A stretch of 64,000 bases of DNA from Octopus sinensis. Taxonomy: Eukaryota. Position 1 is the first letter of the stretch. Each line of letters begins with the position of its first letter. Location of the stretch: contig NC_043000.1 in assembly GCF_006345805.1 (NCBI RefSeq), positions 67,890,001 through 67,954,000 on the forward strand. The letters run 5' to 3'. Below, piece by piece: positions 34,701 through 47,995 of this stretch. A program made the translations under genes and the position numbers. The notes beneath the pieces are model-generated. The model saw nothing but the letters and a program-made list of their open reading frames with translations, made no database searches and had not been told where the DNA came from.

Positions 34701-36599
34701 AACCTGGTTCTTGTTTTAACTATGTTTAGGGCAATATTCAGTGTAAATCAGAAAATAAAAACTTACAAATTCCTTAATGTGCTGTTGATATATTTTGTTC
34801 TAAATGCCAGCATAAACTTTTGAGAAAGTTTTTATTCTACTTCATTATTTAAATGATCCTTTTGTTTCTTTTTGACTGTGAAATCTTTCCCTAAGGAATC
34901 TGTTGTCTCACACTAATCAGGTTTACCAAGCCAACAAAGAGTGCACCACTCAGCATGTTAAAAGTAGTGACCAAATCTCCTTCAAATCACATCCCATCAT
35001 CTTCAATTAAGAGATGGTTTTGGCTCAATATAAAAAATAAAAAGAACTGCTCCAAATATTATTGGTCATATCATCATCGTTTAACATCCGTTTTCCATGC
35101 TAGCATGGGTTGGATGGAAATATATGTGACAGAATTGTTTTATCTATATCAAACTTATTTGCATAGTAAGAGCAAAATATCAAGATTGAATCAGTTGTCT
35201 ATAAGTGAAGCAGCTGTTGAATTATCTTAAGTAAATAGTGAATTTTTTTTTTTTAAATTTCAAGTCAAATGAATAAACTTCCAATGTAACTAGTTTTACC
35301 AACTCTAGAATGCAATATCATACTCTTTATGATGAAACAAATATAAGTTGACTACACTGTATGCAGGCCAGATAACTACTGTATATACTGAAGTTATAGA
35401 TCAACATTTTCAGACCAATTTTTAAACCTGTAATTAGGTCAAACATGCCTCAATTCTGCAGGTATTGCCACAGCCCAAAATGTTTGCTTTTTCAAAAGAA
35501 TACCTGTATAGTGTTCAGCTTTCTAAATATAGGTTTCAAAACTGGTCTTGAAGTGCATGAGAAATGTGTTCATATGTTTGGTTGGTAATATAAATGCCTA
35601 TATGAAGCTCTTACAAATAATCAAGCAAATACGCAAACAAAATCACATATTTAATTACCTTAGTTATACATCCTGTATCACTGCTTGTTGGTAGTTGGCA
35701 TGTCTTTGCACAGAACACTACATCAGATTTTGATACCAAAGTTTGTGCTTTATTTCAGTATTGAATTGAGATGTGTATCTAATCTGAAGTTGAGACTTCA
35801 CATGTGCTTCTGAATAGTAGCATAACCTTTGTGGCCAAACATTTAATCATAGGATAATTTGCTCAAATAGACACTTGGAAACTCTGTAATGCAGAATTAC
35901 ACTGGCAGTCATTTAATTCTCACTGGAAATATTCTCGTACCATATTGGTTTCTAATTTTAGTTCAAGGCCAGCAATTTCAGAGGAGAGGTAAGTCAATTA
36001 CTTTGACCTCACTGCCCAACTGGTATTTTTTTCATCAACCCTGAAAGGATGAAAGGAAAAGTTGAACTCAGATTGTAAAGGTAGATAAAACACTGCTAAG
36101 CATTTTGCTCAGCGTCCTAACAATTCTGCCAGCAAGCTGTTTTGTTCTTATGCTATATTATTTCTAACAAAATGAGTCCCAGTAAACTGAAAAATCATTA
36201 TTGAAGTTTTTGAAGTTAGCAAGTCTTTGGAACTCATTCATTAACTTTAAAATTTTGATTAGTTTTCAATATTAATATGAAACATTTTGCAGTGACTTTA
36301 AAGTAGGGAAATGTATATTACCATTTAATAGTTGATAGTCAAAAAGGTTAAGTTTTATCTCAAAGGCACAAGTAAAGTCATATAAATTTATTTCTAATAT
36401 ATTGTCCTTGAGGCTATGTATTCAAGTAATTTAAATGCTCTAACTACCATGTAAACTAGACATTGAATTGTTTGACTATTTTTCAGTTTCTAGCATATCC
36501 CTTCTTTTCTGTTGCAGAAATATCTATTTCACATGACAATTCATAAAATCACTTTAGTACAACTCCCCACCTTAACCAACAAAGTTCATTATGTTATGG

Positions 36600-37260
36600 C
36601 AGTCTAGTCTACATTGTGACTTGTAAAAACAGCTGAACTCTGTGGTTCAGACTTTATAACATCCATAGCATTACACTTCAGTATTTTACTGCACAACTAC
36701 TATACCCCAAATGATGGAATGGACATAATGAAATTGATAGTTTAAGTTCACAGCTAGCAGTTATTTTAATTTTGCAGCCAAATTTTCTATCAATCATTTG
36801 CAGCGCTCCAACTGTATGAGACTCATACTTTGCATACCCCTGTGAAACTAATAAAATCCATTCTTGATATTCCTTCATTAGTACCAGTTCTACAAATTCA
36901 CATGATACATGCATATTTTTATCCATATCATGTATGTAAACATCATTTACCCATGTCATCATTTGCAATGGAAAATGTTAAGTAATATCTTTGAGTTTCC
37001 TATTAAGATTCTTCCATAAGTCACCAATTCTTTCTGTAACTGTTTCTTGAGACACAAGAGGTTTGACTTTTTTTTTTAGCAAAATCTTTTGCAGCTATCA
37101 ACCTACATTTCTTTATAAAATTCCCTTCTGATAATGGTTTCTGTGACAGCTTATAGCTTGTCTTAACTGCAATATCACTGACTTTATGGGCATATTTAAA
37201 TACTGACAATATTCCATGATGGCTCCTCTACAATTCTCTCAAGGGGTTGAAGGTTCAAGA
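36600..37260 (-). mobile_element. hAT (Charlie/SPIN, GTF2IRD2-like) transposase remnant
   Basis: AVKTSYKLSQKPLSEGNFIKKC.L.AA...; TVTERIGDL..NL...LK...FSIA.DD. Confidence 0.55.
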
Positions 37261-37501
37261 CAAAATGTTTGTATTTATATATTCTTTTAATTAGCAGAAA
37301 AATTACAAAAGTAACTCAAGAGTTTTGCACATCTGTGCCGTGCATAAAACTCTCAGGTCTTGAATCACTTTGGTAAATTTTCTGCTGATTAAAAGAATAT
37401 ATTAACTAATTGAGTTCTATTTACTATTCATTCTACCTAATGTATGTATTTTACTGTGTGCCTATAAATATATATATATATATAATATATATATATATAA
37501 G

Positions 37502-38371
37502 TTATTTTATTCCACACAGATAGAAATATAGGAAAAATAGAAGTTGAAAATACACTGAAAATATTTTTTGCTAAAATATTTAAAGCTTTTACCGGTTTCA
37601 CAGTTTACACTGATTTTCACGCAGCTATCTAGCTTCTGACTAGTGTTTGAAGCTTCCCCTGTTTTTGTAGGGAGATCATGGCTGAAATTAGTATATGTTT
37701 TCAATAGGATTTGATTGACAGAGGATAGTCACATGACTGGTCTTAGAAATTTTTGTAGGTTCCCTCTACCTACGTCCATCGAGTGGCAATGTTTGGCATA
37801 GTAAGTTAAGGCTGACACGGTTGACTGAACAAGTCCAAACAATCAATGCTCTGAATGTTTTCTGCCAGGTGTTTGTAGGGAATGAACATATGATTAAGCT
37901 TATAGCCTTTTGTACGTTTCCTGCTATGACACTAATGCACAGACATAGCAGGAAACGTACAAAAGGCTATAAGCTTAATCATGTGTTCATTCTCTACAAA
38001 CACCTGACAGAAAACATTCAGAGTATTGATTCTTTGGGCATGTTCAGTCAACTGTGTCAGCCTTAACTTACTACGCCAAACATTGTCACTTGATACTAAC
38101 ACATGGACGTAGCGGGGAACCTACAAAAATTTCTAAGACCAGTCATGTGACTATCCTCTGTCAAGCAAATCCTATTGAAAACATACTAATTTAAGCTATG
38201 AACTACCTATAAAAACAGGGCAAACTTCAAACACTAGTCAGAAGTAACATTTTTTTGAACTTTTTGAAAATCAGTGTAAACTGTGAAACTGGTTAAAGCT
38301 TCATATATATTAATAAAAAATATTTTGACTATTCTCAGTGTATTTTCAACTACCCATGTGGAATAAAATAA
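37502..38371. repeat. Long fold-back palindrome (~430-bp arms), plus a third partial arm at ~38630-38815
   Basis: ttattttattccaca pairs with tgtggaataaaataa. The inner stem attaagcttatagccttttgtacgtttcctgctatg / catagcaggaaacgtacaaaaggctataagcttaat closes on a short loop near 37935. Confidence 0.9.
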
Positions 38372-38809
38372 TTTTGTTTTCTATATATATATACTCACCA
38401 CACGAGGAACAAAAATCCAATCAAAGTGAAAGTACATTGAACCTAGTGATACTAAAAGAACTGAAACAGATCTCCTTCAAGCTCACAGTTTTATACAGGA
38501 AAACCAACGGTATGCAGACCGCTAAAGAAATGCTTGAAGAAGGAAGGAAAACGGAAGAAACAGCAGTTGTCCAAACCCTCAACCAGTTATGTAAAACTAT
38601 AGAAACATGATATTCCAGAAGCCGGAACAAAATCCCAATAAAAATAGGGCAAACTTCAAGCACTAGTCAGAAGCAAGGCAGCTGCAATATAAACCATGTC
38701 TTTCACTTGAACTTTTTGAAAATCTGTGTAAACTGTGAAACCGGTTAAAGCTTCAAATATTTTAGCAAAAAATATTCTAACTATTCGCAGTGCATTTTCA
38801 ACTTCTATT

Positions 38810-38848
<39 letters not shown>

Positions 38849-39305
38849 TGCCACTGATGGGTTTTTCCACCCAGGTCTGGGTTTTTTTGAGCAATGATGG
38901 GTTTATGGGTTTTAATTTCCAAATTTACATTAAATATGGATTTTTAAGTTAGTTTTGGCTGCAAACTTATCTTTTAAGGAGAATTCGGTGTCATACTCTT
39001 TGTATGCAATCTGTACCAAAGTTGTACCTCTTCTAATACTTTGTAAACTTTCTTTATATATCATCCATAATCATCTCACGTAACGAGTTTATCGATACAA
39101 ATGTTGTATGTGACGTAATTACCGATCGTATGCGTTCATTATTTGTTTATACTTATATCATACTGGGCAACCACAAGTTACAACGCGTTGGTGGCCGCTT
39201 GTACACTTGTCTGAAACTCTGACACCGCCATTTGACAGCTTCGATTGTTACTCGCGATTTAAAATTTGTCTAACAACATTTTGTTTTGTAACCCTTTGCG
39301 AAGTA

Positions 39306-40620
39306 ATGGCAGATAATAGTGCGTCCAAAAAGAGGAAGTGATACACTCAAAATTTCAAGAAGTCGTGGTTGGAGGATACTGAGCTTAAAGATTGGTTACG
39401 GCAAGATGATAAAAATATTAACACCCGCTACTTACGTTTGTTGCAACGTTGTGTTGCAAAATGCTAAAAAATCAATGCTGATAGCTCATAAAAACACTGC
39501 CAAACAAAAGAAAGCTTTTGATTGTGCGAAATCTGCTATTAAATTAGATTCATTTATTAAAAAACACAGATGATACATTAAATGAAAAAGTAGTTAAGGT
39601 AGATTTGCTACTAATACGTTATGTTGCTGAACATCACGTACCTTTCATCCATATAAATCACTTTGTAAAAGGGCCTTTCCCGATAGTGAAATAGCTAAAA
39701 AATCTACAAATGAAAAAAAAAAATTAACATACATTATTATGCAAGACGAAATTGCACATTGTTAACAAAATGAAATCTTGGAAGTTCTCAAGAAACAAAA
39801 GTTTTCATTATTGATAGATGAAAGTACGGAGATCTCAGTGACAAAAATCATAGCAATAGTTGTTCGCTTTTTTTGATGAACGGATGCTTTTCCGGATGCA
39901 ATTGTAGTAGAAAATGATTCGTCTCAGGGTTTGTATGATGATGTCAAGTTTACTCTTACAAAAGATGTATCTACGAGCAGCATACTTGGATTTGCTAGTG
40001 ACAATTGCTCAACAATGATGGGTAACAAGAGCAGGTTTCAAAAGTTATTGAGAAACGATAGGCTGTGTTTGCCATTCGTTTGCATTTTGTTCAAGTCATG
40101 CAGTGAAGGTGTTACCTTCGTATCTCGAGTCCTTTTTAGAGGACTTAACTTTTTACTTTTCTCGAAGTAGCAAACGTCAAAATGACTTCAATAGTGTTGT
40201 TGGCACAAAAGAAAACAAGATTCCAAAGCTTTCGCAAACTAGATGGTTGTTGCGTGAAAATGTAATTAACGTTTCAGAGGCTAAAGTAGAAAAAGTGGAC
40301 GGAGCGAAAAGGATATATGAAACAATGTGGTGGGGTAGATAATCAGTAATTATGCCAACAAATTTGACACATGCCTTCTAGGCATGGTTATATATGTATA
40401 CAGAAATACATGTGTGCAGAAGATAGTAAACAATGAAAATAACTTCGTAACGGAAATTATGTTTCTTAATATTATGCGCAGAAAGTAAATTTTAACGGAA
40501 AATAAAATATTGAATGGGTTGAAGTGAAATTTGTCACTCAGTGAACCAAAGAGCCAGTATTGAAGGAACAAGAAAGAAACCGTCGACAACAGAAATACAC
40601 AAAATCGTACAGATTGAAGT
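39306..40620 (+). mobile_element. hAT transposase remnant (ZNF862-like family)
   Basis: MADNSASKKRK*YTQNFKKSWL..WL, C..C..H zinc-finger-like region, FSLLIDESTEIS..IAIVVRFF, GFASDNCSTMMG, YFSRSSKRQ...KLSQTRWL; many stops. Right-end-like motif tacgccactg near 40893. Confidence 0.75.
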
Positions 40621-41186
40621 AAAATTTATGAAGATACTTCTGTCAGTAAATTATGAAATTACTTACATCAGTAATTTGTGTTGTTTGTTTGTAAATAGTA
40701 ATTCAAAACTTAGACTTACAGTGAAAACAATAACATGGAAATTAAACAATGGTGTATGAAAATTGAAAGTGAAAAAGCGTAAGAAAAATGAAAGTGAAAA
40801 CAAGAGATATAGATACATACAGAGATATATTAGAGAGAGATAGATATAGATAGAGAGAGATGAATAGAGAGATATACATAAAAAGATATGTTTACGCCAC
40901 TGATACTAGAAGTGAATCTTCTTAAAACTTTCAAAGACGTGAATGTAATATAAAAAGCAATATTTTTTTATTTTTAATAATTTTAAATAAAAAAATTTAA
41001 TGAATAGCCTATTATTTGTCCGAGGTCAAATTATTCATGCATCACAAGCATGAGAGCAATTGGTGAAGCTGTTTTGTTTGAAAAATGAATATGCATACAT
41101 CTCTATTTTATATATTATTAGATTAGATTAGGTATATATATCTGCCTGTATGTCTGTCTATCTCTATATATATATATGTGTATGTG

Positions 41187-41190
<4 letters not shown>

Positions 41191-41266
<76 letters not shown>
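41191..41266. repeat. (TA)38 microsatellite
   Basis: Direct reading. Confidence 0.95.
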
Positions 41267-41268
<2 letters not shown>

Positions 41269-41662
41269 TGCAGGAGTGTCTGTGTGGTAAGTAGCTTGCT
41301 TACCAACCACATGGTTCTGGATTCAGTCCTACTGCATGGCACCCTGGGCAAGTGTCTTCTACTATAGCCTCAAGCCTACCAGAACCTTGTGAGTGGATTT
41401 GGTGAATCGAAACTAAAAGAAGCCCGTTTTATAAATGTGTGTGTGAGTGTGTATGTTTGTGTGTCTGAGTTTGTCCTCCCACCATCACTTGACAATCGAT
41501 GTTGGTGTGTTTACATCTCGTTATCTTAATGGTTTGGCAAAAGAGACCGATAGGATAAGTACTAGGCTTACAAAGAATAAGTCCTGGGGTCGATTTGTTC
41601 AGCTAAAGGCGGTGCACCAGCATGGCTGCAGTGAAATGACTGAAACAAGTAAAAAAGAAAAG
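41267..41662 (+). mobile_element. Near full-length tRNA-derived SINE
   Basis: Head tgtgtggtaagtagcttgcttaccaaccacatggttctggattcagtcc; core ggcaccctgggcaagtgtcttctactatagcctc; tail ccagcatggctgcagtgaaatgactgaaacaagtaaaaaag. Confidence 0.75.
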
Positions 41663-44276
41663 ATAATATATATATTCTATTATTCTTTTCTTCTTTTACG
41701 CTTATATTCTTTTACTTGTTTCAGTCATTTGACTACGGCCGTGCTGGAGGACTGCCTTTAGTCAAGCAAATCGATCCCAGGACTTATTCTTTGGAAGCCT
41801 AGTACTTATTCTTCCTAAGCGCATTGAAGCCACATGAAATATTAACAATGTACAGTAACTTCTTGAAATGAACATTGTGTAATAAGTTTTTATTATAGAC
41901 ATTTTTCTGTTTTAAAACACAGTATCTTGATTGGTTTATGTGAGGTGGCCGAAAACTTTCGCACGGCCATTTTTGGTGTTCGTCTCGCATCTTCCCCTCT
42001 CATTCAGAACCCCTACTACAAAATATGATTTTGTATGGAAATGACTCCAACAGGGTCAATGTTTCATCTGTAAAAAACGCAATGCGAAACATCCACTTAT
42101 AAGTTGGCAAATAGTAGAAATTTACAATAGTTTAAAGTGGCCGAAGACTTTTGCATGGTACTGTACAATGCGTCATGAAAGATATCTAATGCATTAAAAA
42201 TAACCCAAAAGTTGATAAACATTTGCCCAACTTTCCTAAGCTCAAAGCAAAACAATAGCTAAAAAAAAAACACGTGATAAATCGTGTCAGTCTTTGTACA
42301 ATGTCCAGTTGTCGAATAATCACAATGCTTCAACAATAGTTAGGTGCTTAAATTTGATTGAATATGTACCTTAAAAGTCTTCCTTTTACTATAGACATTT
42401 TATAAATAGGATCAATAAAATAAGTAGCTGACAGAAATATCTAATGATGTTGATGTGATCAACAGTTTAATAAATGAAAACTAGTTATATAATACAACTG
42501 ACCAGTACTCTATCACTATTTGTACTACCTGTACCACTAACCAGCAAACTCCATGAGCCCACAAGGAAACCCGTCTTGGTTACTCAACCAGCCAGAAATT
42601 ACAGCCAAATCTGTCGCAAACCACACTGTACCACGTTTAAATTAAAAAATTAAAAGGCAAGGTAACATTGGATAATGTATAAAAAAAAGGAAAGAAAAAA
42701 AACAGCACAGGATGGTCATAGTGGACATATCTTTGATCGTAGGTCTGCTTGCGGCTATTTAGCAAAGGAAGAAGCAGAAAGAGAGAGGCGTGAGAATCAA
42801 AGGTATTCCGGATTGCAAGGCAGTGTATCAGAGTCAAGATGTTGTAGGAGAGAAGAGTGTGCGGAAAGATAAGTACTCTTAGTGTACTTAATGATTCTGG
42901 GAAGAGAGAGATAGAGGTGTTATTATGAAAGACTACTAAACGAAGAGAATGAATGGAAGAAAGAGAATCTTCCTAATGTGAACCCGACAAAAAGGTCCAA
43001 GAATTCTTGTTGACAGCAATGTGATATACAAAGTAATTAAGGATATGAAGACAGGCAAAGTTTCTGGTCTATTCGGAATTACCGTTGAGTTGCTTAAAAT
43101 ATTTGGCGTAGTGGGATACGTTCTAGTCACCTGTATGTTAATCAGGTTGTACCGGAAGGTATCATACCGAACGGTTTTATGATAAACTATTTTCACACAT
43201 CAAAAACTCCTTAGAAAATGATTCCTCCAAATTCGAAACTGATTCTTTATTTTATTGCTGTATTCTTTCCTTTATTTTTTTATTATATAGGCTGTTAATA
43301 TCCAATTGTTTGTGAATATTTTTAATCAGTAAGGAATCAATATCCTGCCAAGAATTAGTATATAATGAGATGCGTCAGACAGATGGGTTACAGCTCACTT
43401 AATTAGGCAAAGTTAACCTAGAAGAGATGCAGTTTTGGTTTCGCACCAGGAAAAAGTACTACTTAATGCTCTTGTAGTGATGCTACAGTGTAGGGTTCGG
43501 CGCGCATGCGCAGAATGGGACTACTTCCGGGTGGCCACCGGAAGTCTTCCCCATGCGCATGTGCGGGAAAACATCTCTCGAGCCCGCGAACCTCAAATCT
43601 CTCTCTTCGGCTCAAGACAGCACTGCGATCGGTCACGGTTTTCCTGGCTCTGACAGCCACACACCAGCTTCAACCAACTTCAACCAACCTCAACGACCAA
43701 CACCAGCAATACATCAGAGGCTGTCTATTCCCCCATCAGACAACGTACAACCATGAATCAATAAACCAAGTTGTCTGTTCACCTTTAACCTGAGTTTCGT
43801 CTGTTTGTTTTCTGCAAGAATTTTTGTATGTGACTAGAAAGGATCTCGACACCCTGCCAGTGCTTCGATGATAGATCCTTTCACGTTACAATTGGTGACC
43901 CCTAGTTGAGAAAAAGAACAGGATAGAAAAAGACACAGCGAACAGGTTTTTTTGGGGGCCGAAGAGCGCGGAAATTCACATTTATTTTCCTATTTTCTCC
44001 TTTTCAGCACGGCGAGGTGGGTAAAATAGCCTTATTCATCGCACACAGTACAAAAAAAAAAAAAAAAAAACAAAGAAAAAAGAAAACACACACACATTCA
44101 TTTTTTTTTCCTTTCTGTATTTTGTTTTCCTTGTACACACCTATCCCTTTTTTTTGCTACCCACGAGGTGCACACACAAACACAATTTTGAATTGCCTTC
44201 TCGGTTCCACGTGTTCTCTCTCCACTTCTAGACCATACCTTCTGCCCCCTTCTCACAGATTCCTTCCGACAAAGGC

Positions 44277-44757
44277 ATGGCTTCAGGTTTGCCTTCATTT
44301 ACGGGGGATATGGGCCTGTGGTTTGCCCAAGTGGAGTGGTATTTTGATGCACATGCCATTTCTCCACAGCAGCAGTTGCACCTGCTATATTCCGGCTTAC
44401 ATCCCCGACTCGCCGCATCGATCAGGGATCTAATAATAAGTCCCCACCCGGATGCCACATACGCGTCTGTGAAAGCAGAAATCCTCCGCCGCAACACACG
44501 TTCGGGGAGAGCAATATTCAGATTGCCACGATGGCCGATGGAATACTGGAATTTCCGAATCCATCTCCATCGCGAGGCCTCTGTGCATGTATAGGGGGCC
44601 CTGCGCAAATTTCACTAGCCGAGCGGATTGATGCGCTCACGCGGCGAATCGACGATCTATCCGTGCGATCGAGCGCCGACAACGCAGTCGTAGTCGCTCT
44701 ACCAAAAGGGCAGATCGGTGTACCCAGCCGTGCACTTTCAAGCCCTCGGAAAACTAA
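44277..44757 (+). pseudogene. Gypsy gag, internally deleted/frameshifted
   Basis: LPSFTGDMGLWFAQVEWYF...YASVKAEILRR, then IATMADGILE in another frame, then ADRCTQPCTFKPSEN* in a third. Possible -1 slippery site GGAAAAC at 44748-44754 leading into the pol frame. Confidence 0.75.
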
Positions 44758-47700
44758 ATCCGGAGGAGGTGAGCACGTCACCTTCTTCCATCTCGTTTCC
44801 CAAACATCGTGCATTCTATGTAAAAGATCTGGTGTCGAAGACATTCTTCATGGTAGACACCGGTTCCTGTTGCAGCATCTGGCCCCTTCGTCTGGCTGCA
44901 GACAAGCCGAAGCGCTCTTCGATTGTCTTGCATGCTATTGACTCGTCTCCCATAACCACTTACGGTCAGATTTCGCTGCGCCTCAACCTCAACCTTCGTC
45001 GAGATTTTCGATGGGTTTTCGTCATCGCTGATATCCCACATCCTATTCTCGGCGCTGATTTCCTGGATAGGTTTAACCTATTGGTGGATGTCAGGCGTCG
45101 GAGGCTTCTTGATAGCACGACGTCGCTCTCTACACCGACTGGGAGTTCCACCACTGCGGTCCTTAGCCCGACATTCTTTGTTGCCACCTCTGGAGACCCT
45201 TTTCACTCTCTTTTGGTTTCATTTCCGGAGCTAGTGGACATTGCCTTTAAACCGGAAAATCCTACCCACTCGACCCTCCATTTCATCACCACCAATGGGC
45301 CACCTGTATTCTCACGCCCCCGGCGCCTAGCGCCAGACCGACTTAAAACGGCCAGAGCCGAGTTTGAGCACATGCTTCAACTTGGCATTATACGCCCCTC
45401 CACCAGCCCATGGGCATCTCCCCTTCATTGGCGCGAAAGGGCGAGTCTGATTTTCGCCCGGTTGGAGACTATCGACGCCTCAATGCCGTCACAATAGCCG
45501 ATCGCTATCCGATTAGAAATCTCCGGGACTTTACAGCAAATCTCCATGGTTGTACCATTTTTTCGAAGGTCGATCTGATACGCGCTTACCACCAAATACC
45601 GGTCAACCCAGCCGACGTTCCAAAAACTGCAATCACTACCCCGTTTGGGTGTTTTGAGTTTTTGTACATGAGTTTCGGTTTGCGGAATGCTACTAGCACC
45701 TTCCAGCGTTTCATTGATGAGGTTGTCCGCGGTCTTGATTTTGTGTTTGCCTATGTCGATGACATACTCATTGCGAGCGACACACGAGAAAATCATCTCC
45801 GGCACCTTTCTCAACTCTTCCAGCGTCTTCGTGCGTATAGCATACGCATAAACCCCGACAAGTGTGTTTTCGGACGCTCTTCCCTAGATTTTCTAGGGCA
45901 TCATATTGATTCGACTGGAATCAGCCCCCTCTCGTCAAAAGTCGATGCCATTCAACGCATCGCACCCCCCACTTCCTTGCGCCAGCTCAGGCATTATCTA
46001 GGGATGGTCAATTTCTACCGACGCTTCATTCCCGGTTGTGCAGATAAGCTGCTACCTCTCACCAGGCTGTTAAAGGACTCTCCTAGAAAGGACAGTCAAG
46101 TCACCCTCTCTGTTGAGGCAGTGACAGCCTTTGAGTCCATTAAGAAGGAGCTGGCTTCTGTTTCTTTGCTTGCACATCCAGTTCCTGGTGCTTCTCTCTC
46201 TTTGACTGTGGACGCATCGGACACTGCGATTGGCGCTGTGTTACAACACACAGTGGATGACCATGTTCGACCTCTAGCCTTCTTTTCCCGTCAACTGCAA
46301 CCAGCTGAACGACGATACAGCACCTTTGATCGTGAGCTCCTAGCGATCTATCTATCGGTTCGTCATTTCCAGCATCAACTTGAAGGGCGAGATTTTGTGA
46401 TCTATACGGATCACAAGCCCCTTACGTTTGCCCTGTTTTCAAAAACGGACAAACTCTCACCCCGTGCTTTTCGGCACCTGGATTTTATCTCTCAATTTAC
46501 TAGCAACATTCGACACATACCTGGAAAAGAGAACGTTCCTGCTGACGCTCTCTCTCGCCTTCCAGTTTGCGCCCTTTCGTCTCCTGCTGCTATCGACTTA
46601 GCTGCCATATCGCAGGAGCAGCCACCTTTGGCGTCGTTAGATTTAACTTCTCCCAAGTTCTCCTGTTGCCAGTTTTCCTACCTTCCGCTTCCGTCAGCCG
46701 AAGGCACCATTCTTTGTGACACTTCAACTGGATCTCCCAGGCCACTGGTGCCTGAGACCCATCAACGCTCAGTGTTTGAAGCACTGCACTCCTTATCACA
46801 TCCTGGCATCGCTGCCACCCTCAAACTAATCACTGCTCGGTTTTTCTGGCCGAATATGCGTCGCACAATTACTTGTTGGACACGCACCTGCTCCAAGTGT
46901 CAACGATCCAAGATTCAACGGCACGTTCGTGCCCCGCTTGGACAATTCCCCCCACGGAGGCCCGTTTTCGCCATGTCCACATCGATCTGGTTGGACCATG
47001 GCCTGTGAGTCGCGGGTTCTCTTATCTATTAACTTGTGTCGATCGTTTCTCCCGCTGGCCAGAAGCCATTCCGATAGCAGACATTTCTGCTGAGACTGTT
47101 GCGCGAGCTTTCGTTTCAAACTGGATTTCTCGCTTCGGAGTCCCGTCCCGATTGACAACTGATCGTGGACGACAGTTTGAGGCCTCGCTATTTCGCGAAT
47201 TGTCGCGAATTTTGGGTATGCACCATATCCACACCACAAGCTACCATCCAGCGTCTAATGGATTGGTTGAGCGGTTCCATAGACAGCTCAAGGCCGCTCT
47301 TCGTGCCTCTTCGGACCCACAGTCCTGGATCGAATTTCTGCCATTGTGCTTCTCGGCTGTCGGACTGCTGTCAAGGCAGACCTGGGGTTTTCTGCTGCAG
47401 AGCTGCTGTATGGTACCACACTGGCATTGCCCGGTACGATGTTGGTGCCAGACACTTCCCCGCCCCATGATCCGGCGACCTATGTCACCAGACTGCGGGA
47501 ATATTTTTCAAACCTTCCGCCCATGCTTCCCAGAAAGCAATCTCCACCGTCCCATTCCACCGGATATGACACCTGGTCGCATGTTTTTGTTCGGGACGAT
47601 TCTGTGAAGGGCCCACTTGTTTCTCCCTATAAAGGACCTTTTCGTGTGCTTTCTCGCACACCAAAGGTTTTCACGATTGTGATAAATGGTCGTTCGGAGA

Positions 47701-47995
47701 CCGTTTCCGTGGACCGTTTAAAAAAGGCACATTTTGAGACGTCTTCATCTTTTGATGACAACCTTGACACACCCCCTATGCACCTTTAACAACACTTTCA
47801 CCTGCACAAACGCCTTCACCTGCACAAACGCCTTCACCTGCACAAACACCTTCACCGGCTCCTACAACACCACCCTCGCCGTCAACGGGTGCCCCGAGCA
47901 CACCGTATGTTACAAAATCGGGCAGAACAGTGCATTGGCCAAGAAACTTTCAAAAACAATTTACATTTAACTTTAAAATGTTTCTTATTGTATAA
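44718..47995 (+). pseudogene. Gypsy pol (protease, RT, RNase H, integrase) with four frameshifts
   Basis: VDTGS; SPWASPLH|..DFRPVGDYRRLN; YVDD; VDASD..ELLAIY..TDHKPL..ADALSR; H..HPG..C..CQ; [21 protein letters not shown]; PYKGPF; TKSGRTV. Breaks near 45430, 46950, 47340 and 47770. Confidence 0.9.

Noticed and set aside
41118-41367. YI/IY-repeat ORFs (also at 10475-10789, 11974-12309 and 26397-26744)
   Set aside because: Translations of (TA)n/(CA)n microsatellites.
41860-42166. Tc1-like right end (gtggccgaa.acttt.gca.gg direct repeats ending tactgta)
   Set aside because: No matching left end or transposase found; too weak to list as an element.
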